The notes below the pieces were generated by a model, which ran no database searches, was not told the origin of the DNA, and saw nothing but the letters and a program-made list of their open reading frames with translations. A program made the position numbers and the translations under genes. A stretch of 64,000 bases of DNA from a virus (taxonomy: Duplodnaviria; Heunggongvirae; Uroviricota; Caudoviricetes), in the IMG/VR virus record IMGVR_UViG_3300045049_000270; one strand, given 5' to 3'. Below, piece by piece: positions 59,482-64,000 of this stretch (position 1 is its first letter; every line of letters starts with the position of its first letter).

Positions 59482-60342
59482 GTGCAACATATCGAAGTTA
59501 CTTTAGCAGCAATCGGCGAAGGCGCCCAGATCATGGAGTGCAAATCAGGGCCTCTTGCACTCCGAGAACATATTTCAAAGCTTCCTATTCCCCTTCAATG
59601 GGGATCTTTTATAACCAGTGATGCTTCTTTGCTGGAACACGGTAAATTGGCGGTGGTCGAAGAATATATGCCAAGACTTGCCAATGCCGTACATTCTACA
59701 CTCTCAAAAGAACGTTTCCCTCTCGTAATTGGCGGTGATCATTCCTGTGCAATTGGCACTTGGAGTGCAATAGCTAATTTCTATCGAACAATGGGTGATA
59801 TTGGTCTAATCTGGATTGATGCTCATCTTGACAGTCATACTCCACAAACATCTGAAAGCGGAGCTCCTCATGGTATGCCTCTAGCTTGCCTTCTAGGATA
59901 TGGCAGCCGCAATCTCACCACCATACACGATGTTGTTCGAAAGCTACGTCCTCAAAATGTAGTGGTGATCGGAGCACGGAGCAGTGAAAAGGGTGAAGAA
60001 GATCTACTAGAAAGCCTTGGCGTTCGCGTTATGCGAATTGAAGAAGTGCATGACCGTGGTTTCGATGTTTGCTTAGACGAAGCTATTGAAATAGTTTCAA
60101 AAGAAACTGTTGGTTATGGCATCACATTTGACATTGATAGTCTGGATCCTATTGATGCACCAGGAGTTGGTTCACCAGAAGATGGTGGGTTGTGGCTATC
60201 TGATGTAGTAAGGACATTTGAAAGTATGAACAAACGCAAGTTGATTGGCTTCGAATTGGTCGAATATAATCCAGAGCGTGATTCTGGCGACCTTCGCACT
60301 GCCAAAGCTTGTGTTGCTATTCTTGATGCAATTTTGCCATAA
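59482..60342 (+). CDS. arginase/agmatinase-family ureohydrolase
   Basis: binuclear-Mn motifs GGDHS, DAHLDSHT, DIDSLDP; GGAG RBS then GTG. Confidence 0.65.
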   Translation: MQHIEVTLAAIGEGAQIMECKSGPLALREHISKLPIPLQWGSFITSDASLLEHGKLAVVEEYMPRLANAVHSTLSKERFPLVIGGDHSCAIGTWSAIANFYRTMGDIGLIWIDAHLDSHTPQTSESGAPHGMPLACLLGYGSRNLTTIHDVVRKLRPQNVVVIGARSSEKGEEDLLESLGVRVMRIEEVHDRGFDVCLDEAIEIVSKETVGYGITFDIDSLDPIDAPGVGSPEDGGLWLSDVVRTFESMNKRKLIGFELVEYNPERDSGDLRTAKACVAILDAILP

Positions 60343-60344
60343 CG

Positions 60345-60400
60345 TTGACAAATACTTCTAGTGAATTTACCATACATTTGGTAAATTCATTAAGAGGCAT
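60345..60400 (+). promoter_or_regulatory. family-P variant promoter
   Basis: TTGACA-N17-TACCAT; divergent leader CATTTGGTAAATTCATTAAGAGG. Confidence 0.45.
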
Positions 60401-60402
60401 TG

Positions 60403-60711
60403 ATGTCTTGGTTGCAACGCCCGACTATTGGAAGCCGTCGATATTACGTGATGTGCTTTGCTCCAGTCGCTATATTTCTGATCGCATATCCTACATTTCT
60501 GTACTTACTGCAGAAACCTGCTATCAACACCTTCATTCAATTTGCTTTGGCTGCGTTGTTTTGGGTATGGTGGTACCGTTTCGTTGATTGGGCTCAAGGC
60601 TATCGAGAAACAATATTTTCCTCATACGATCTTGATCAACCATATGTTATTCGATGGCCATCGAATAGTTCTGCCCCACCGCATCCTAATCCACCCGCCC
60701 CGAAGCCTTGA
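60403..60711 (+). CDS. small membrane protein
   Basis: promoter at 60345; TM helices; Pro-rich C-terminus. Confidence 0.4.
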   Translation: MSWLQRPTIGSRRYYVMCFAPVAIFLIAYPTFLYLLQKPAINTFIQFALAALFWVWWYRFVDWAQGYRETIFSSYDLDQPYVIRWPSNSSAPPHPNPPAPKP

Positions 60712-60762
60712 CATCATGTTCATATGAACATACCATATCTTTATGGTAAATGTTACGGAGAT
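60708..60762 (+). promoter_or_regulatory. family-P promoter cassette
   Basis: TTGACA-N17-TACCAT; perfect palindrome CATGTTCATATGAACATA in the spacer. Confidence 0.6.
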
Positions 60763-60766
60763 GATT

Positions 60767-61084
60767 ATGATTAAGAAACAAGAATCTATCGATATTTTCG
60801 AACTGGCGAAGCAAGCCGGTTTTGATGTATCCAAAAATGACAAAGTCATCGACGCCAATGGTGAAGAACAAGGCGTGAAAGAACGCATCATGATTCAACA
60901 TGAGCTCCGTAAGTTTAGTGAGCTATTGCTCGAAGAAGCAGCAAAGCTTGCTCAAGAGCGTGGGCACGAATTTAGAAGCGGCCAACGAGGCGGTGGCAAA
61001 CTTGATATGCAAGAACGAAACGCTCGTGAAGCTGGATGCAATTCAATCGCGCAGATGTTGCGCAAGATGAAAACCCAACTGTAA
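60767..61084 (+). CDS. hypothetical protein
   Basis: family-P promoter at 60708; ACGGAG RBS. Confidence 0.45.
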   Translation: MIKKQESIDIFELAKQAGFDVSKNDKVIDANGEEQGVKERIMIQHELRKFSELLLEEAAKLAQERGHEFRSGQRGGGKLDMQERNAREAGCNSIAQMLRKMKTQL

Positions 61085-61090
61085 AAACGC

Positions 61091-61150
61091 TTGACGCTAC
61101 GTTCAAGTGAACTTATCATTTGAACATGGTAAACAACGGCGGAGTGCAAA
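61091..61150 (+). promoter_or_regulatory. family-P promoter cassette (consensus copy)
   Basis: TTGACG-N17-TATCAT; CGTTCAAGTGAACT; TTGAACATGGTAAACAACGGCGGAG. Confidence 0.65.
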
Positions 61151-61152
61151 AC

Positions 61153-61722
61153 ATGCAGATCACTTTCGAACAAGGCGTTGCAGCAGTTTTGGAATACCTG
61201 ATGGACGAAGTGCGAGACTCGCATGAATTGATCGACTATCTCGCCGACTATATCGACTGCGAGTCGATCCCCGTCCTGAATTACCTGAACGACAAGGACT
61301 ACAAAAAGCTGGAACGCATTTCTCATTCACAGTGGGAGAAGAAGTTCAAAGAGCACTTCGGCTTCACTGATCACCAGTACATCGATCAAGCGCAGATGGC
61401 GATCCGAGTTTCGCTTACGGAAAAAGAACGTGAGTTGCTGAAGGAGATGGAAAGCATTTGCACTGTGCGGTTTACCTTTGACCCGCAGACTGGCTTGCTG
61501 GGCGGCACGTATTACCAGCGCACTCCGAAAAAACTTGCGTGGCGACCGAATGAACGTAACGGGGGAAACTGGTGCTCTGGGGTTTCCTTTAATACGGACG
61601 GCTGGACTGGCGAGATGGGCTGGACGTTTGACGAGGTGGAAGCGTTCCTGGTGCGCTTGGGCGCAACGAAGAAAAAGCGCCCCGTCCACAAGCGCATCCA
61701 CAGCTATAGCCTCTACGACTAA
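61153..61722 (+). CDS. hypothetical protein (189 aa)
   Basis: family-P promoter at 61091; GGCGGAG RBS. Confidence 0.5.
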   Translation: MQITFEQGVAAVLEYLMDEVRDSHELIDYLADYIDCESIPVLNYLNDKDYKKLERISHSQWEKKFKEHFGFTDHQYIDQAQMAIRVSLTEKERELLKEMESICTVRFTFDPQTGLLGGTYYQRTPKKLAWRPNERNGGNWCSGVSFNTDGWTGEMGWTFDEVEAFLVRLGATKKKRPVHKRIHSYSLYD

Positions 61723-61728
61723 AAGTGC

Positions 61729-61790
61729 TTGAACGTTCACTCAGGTGAACGTATCATTTGAACATGGTAAACAAACAAGGAGATGACAAA
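61729..61790 (+). promoter_or_regulatory. family-P promoter cassette (consensus copy)
   Basis: TTGAAC-N17-TATCAT; GTTCACTCAGGTGAACG palindrome; TTGAACATGGTAAACAAACAAGGAG. Confidence 0.65.
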
Positions 61791-61791
61791 A

Positions 61792-61974
61792 GTGATCACG
61801 ACGGCGGCCCGCAAGCACTACGAAACGGTTGCAAAGATGACAGACTTGGAGCTTGCAAAGATCGAGGCCAACGAGATGCATCCGTTATATGATGTTGCTT
61901 GTGCTGAAATTGATGCACGTCTCAAAGGTTTGCATGCAATCGATACGGAACCATCGTTTTACGACCTTGCATAA
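61792..61974 (+). CDS. hypothetical protein (start ambiguous: ATG 61783 or GTG 61792)
   Basis: family-P promoter at 61729; AAGGAG lies immediately next to the ATG, so the GTG start is favoured. Confidence 0.35.
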   Translation: MITTAARKHYETVAKMTDLELAKIEANEMHPLYDVACAEIDARLKGLHAIDTEPSFYDLA

Positions 61975-61985
61975 GGAGAGTATAA

Positions 61986-62888
61986 ATGTCTTTCACCGAA
62001 AGTTTGTTCCGTATCGATGACACTGTCATATTCAAGCGTGGCCAAGATTACTATCCGACTCCAGGTGATCCGCCGATGGATCGTGCGAAAGGTGTTGTCG
62101 TCGGCAAAAATCGAGTGACCAGAATCGAAGAACGTTACGGCTTCGTATCAAGAGAGCCTGGTATCTGGGTGAGGGATGGTTCATGCCAAGTTAAATGGGA
62201 TCATGACGGCTCAGTGACGACTCCAAATGCATATAAGTTGGAGATGGTCAATCGAAAAGAATTCGAACGGCGAGCACAACAACGTCGCGAAGAAACGGCA
62301 CTGATCGGCTATACGGCATGTGACGACAAATACGAAAATGCCGAGAGAATTGGTGATCTACCTGTCACGAAGGGATGGGAGCTCGACTATATTCGGATGC
62401 CTGGTCGTTGGCGTGATCATTATAAATTCGGTCGTATTAGTCGTATTGATTATAATATCGGCGATTCGGAACGTGAGGTGGCATATTATGTTGATCTAGT
62501 CGACGAGTATCGCCAGACTGGGCACGGATCAACTTACGTCAATGAAGCAGAGTTGGAGGTGGTCGAACGGGGCAATGTTTATAAATTCTTCAACAATCAG
62601 CCTTTGGTTTTTGTTGACTTGAAGGATGAAGCATCGTTCTTTACTAATATCGGGCATTCAGCAGAAGTACGGCACCCAGAAAATGGTAACTACGGATGGG
62701 GCCTCGAAGATGTGCTGCGAGCGATTAGTGATGACATTGTTGACGGTTTCGCTGCCGACAATGATCTATTCTCGTTTGGGCACGGATCGCTTCGTGCAAT
62801 GCGCTGGCGTAATCGCGAACTTGGCAAGCGCATTCAACAAGCGACATTGAACGGCTTCGGAAGTCTCGATAAACCTGCTATCACATAA
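61986..62888 (+). CDS. hypothetical protein (300 aa)
   Basis: AAGGAGAG RBS then ATG. Confidence 0.5.
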   Translation: MSFTESLFRIDDTVIFKRGQDYYPTPGDPPMDRAKGVVVGKNRVTRIEERYGFVSREPGIWVRDGSCQVKWDHDGSVTTPNAYKLEMVNRKEFERRAQQRREETALIGYTACDDKYENAERIGDLPVTKGWELDYIRMPGRWRDHYKFGRISRIDYNIGDSEREVAYYVDLVDEYRQTGHGSTYVNEAELEVVERGNVYKFFNNQPLVFVDLKDEASFFTNIGHSAEVRHPENGNYGWGLEDVLRAISDDIVDGFAADNDLFSFGHGSLRAMRWRNRELGKRIQQATLNGFGSLDKPAIT

Positions 62889-62900
62889 CAAGGTGAAATA

Positions 62901-63059
62901 ATGATTTACATTGGAATTGCTTTAGTAGTATGGTTATTCGTTGGTTTCATTTGGATTCTTTCAAACTTTCAACTGCCGAAGTGGCTCGATTATGTTATCA
63001 CCGGCCCGTTTCGTATGATCGCTTATGTGATTGGGCTTCTATATTCGAAGTACGGTTGA
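62901..63059 (+). CDS. small TM peptide (52 aa, below the ORF-track cutoff)
   Basis: AAGGTGAAATA then ATG; IGIALVVWLFVGFIWIL helix. Confidence 0.3.
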   Translation: MIYIGIALVVWLFVGFIWILSNFQLPKWLDYVITGPFRMIAYVIGLLYSKYG

Positions 63060-63062
63060 TAC

Positions 63063-63365
63063 ATGGGTTGGGCAACAATTTACATTGGCAAATTGCTTCA
63101 GGGTGAGACTATTCAGTTTCGACCTAGAGGTCATTCAATGACTGGGCTAGTAAATGATGGAGACCTTGTTACAGTTGAGCCCAGAGGTACACGAATACCT
63201 GAGAAAGGGGACATTGTACTTTGTAAAGTGATGGGAGCGCAGTATCTACACCTCGTCAAAGCCGTTGATGGTAAACGTGTGCTGATAGGTAACAATCGTG
63301 GCGGGACAAATGGTTGGACATCACTATCACAGATATATGGTTTCTGCGTGAATGTTGAAAAGTAA
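63063..63365 (+). CDS. hypothetical protein (100 aa)
   Basis: ATG 4 nt after the upstream stop. Confidence 0.45.
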   Translation: MGWATIYIGKLLQGETIQFRPRGHSMTGLVNDGDLVTVEPRGTRIPEKGDIVLCKVMGAQYLHLVKAVDGKRVLIGNNRGGTNGWTSLSQIYGFCVNVEK

Positions 63366-63430
63366 GATAAGCATTGATGAAATAGCCAGATGGTTGTAAC
63401 ATCTGGCTATCATTCATTCTTGAGGTAACC

Positions 63431-63769
63431 ATGGCAGAACAGGATCAAAAGCAGAAGCAACCCAAACAACAAAAGCACAATATGCTTGATGCTAAGAAGG
63501 ATGAACCGACAATCAAGTTTGAACGTCGTGTATGCCATGGTTGGCATGCTGTAGTTTTTCCGACCGTACATGATCAAAACACAGTGCTTGAATTGTGGTT
63601 GTACGATGTCTTCGAATGGATGAAGATGCGTGGATTCACAGATTACTTTTGGTGTTACGCTCACGGTATCGAAAAGAAAGACCAAAACCGGCTGTCACCT
63701 GCTTTCTTCTTCAAAGATGAAATGCATGCTTGCAATATGATGTGGCGATTCAAGGGTGAAATTGTTTGA
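63431..63769 (+). CDS. hypothetical protein, distant LTWG-family-like C-terminus
   Basis: C-terminus FFFKDEMHACNMMWRFKG. Confidence 0.4.
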   Translation: MAEQDQKQKQPKQQKHNMLDAKKDEPTIKFERRVCHGWHAVVFPTVHDQNTVLELWLYDVFEWMKMRGFTDYFWCYAHGIEKKDQNRLSPAFFFKDEMHACNMMWRFKGEIV

Positions 63770-63822
63770 CGCGCGACTCAGGTGAGTTTATCATTTGGTT
63801 ACTGATTACATGGAGGGCGATT
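63766..63822 (+). promoter_or_regulatory. family-P promoter cassette
   Basis: TTGACG-N17-TATCAT; CTCAGGTGAGTT spacer; leader to GGAGGG. Confidence 0.55.
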
Positions 63823-63824
63823 AG

Positions 63825-64000
63825 ATGAAAACACTGTACAACGTTGCTGAACGTGACTATTGTCTGGACCGTAGCTATGGCATGTTTGATAACGAAGCAG
63901 TGGCTGAAGCATTCGCGGAACGTGTAAATCAGTTCAACGGACGAACTGATGAGAGTGATGACACTCGCGCCATGGTGTACAAACAATATGTGGTTGAAGC
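63825..64000 (+). CDS. hypothetical protein (5' partial; continues beyond the window)
   Basis: family-P promoter at 63766; GGAGGG RBS then ATG. Confidence 0.4.
   Translation, partial: MKTLYNVAERDYCLDRSYGMFDNEAVAEAFAERVNQFNGRTDESDDTRAMVYKQYVVE

Noticed and set aside
4437-63822. Could the highly repeated ~55-bp element be a CRISPR array or a MITE-like repeat?
   Set aside because: Copies are irregularly spaced at 0.3-3 kb, and each sits exactly upstream of an SD plus start codon. They have -35/-10 architecture and the intervening unique sequences are genes, so promoters are the parsimonious reading.

Overview
This window looks like the early or host-takeover region of a large virulent dsDNA phage. 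More than 130 mostly small ORFs are packed on the + strand, with overall GC of roughly 43-45%. About 45-50 genes or short operons are each preceded by the same ~55-bp cassette: a sigma70-like promoter (TTGACA-N17-TATCAT), the palindrome ATGTTCA..TGAACAT, the leader ACATGGTAAACAAACAAGGAG, then ATG. Most are closed by a rho-independent terminator hairpin, and two tRNA genes lie near 43.3-43.5 kb. Several paralog families stand out. There are 4 copies of a WGR-like small basic protein, and about 16 copies of an ~90-110 aa protein ending in a conserved FF..DA..F.LTWG motif, most of them in tandem, start/stop-overlapping arrays. There is also a 5-gene tandem array of ~220 aa paralogs, and two shorter paralog pairs. 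Genes I can assign from the sequence include a dephospho-CoA kinase (CoaE) fused to an HD domain and the adjacent CoaD (PPAT). RNA-repair candidates are a ligase-family nucleotidyltransferase, an RNA 2'-phosphotransferase Tpt1/KptA and a Tpt1-like paralog. A small (p)ppGpp hydrolase and a SpeH-like S-adenosylmethionine decarboxylase are present. There is an arginase/agmatinase-family ureohydrolase. Also present are a radical SAM enzyme, a PP-loop ATP pyrophosphatase on the - strand, two HNH endonucleases and a GIY-YIG endonuclease. Also assignable are a GNAT acetyltransferase, an acyltransferase-3 membrane protein, an SPFH lipoprotein and a TAXI-like periplasmic binding protein. Two compositional anomalies are present: a high-GC island at about 32.9-34.1 kb and an AT-rich module at about 39.3-43.2 kb that lacks the conserved promoter cassette. 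Many start coordinates in the ORF track are upstream extensions through the conserved leader; I corrected them where an SD-like GGAG plus an in-frame ATG/GTG made the real start obvious.
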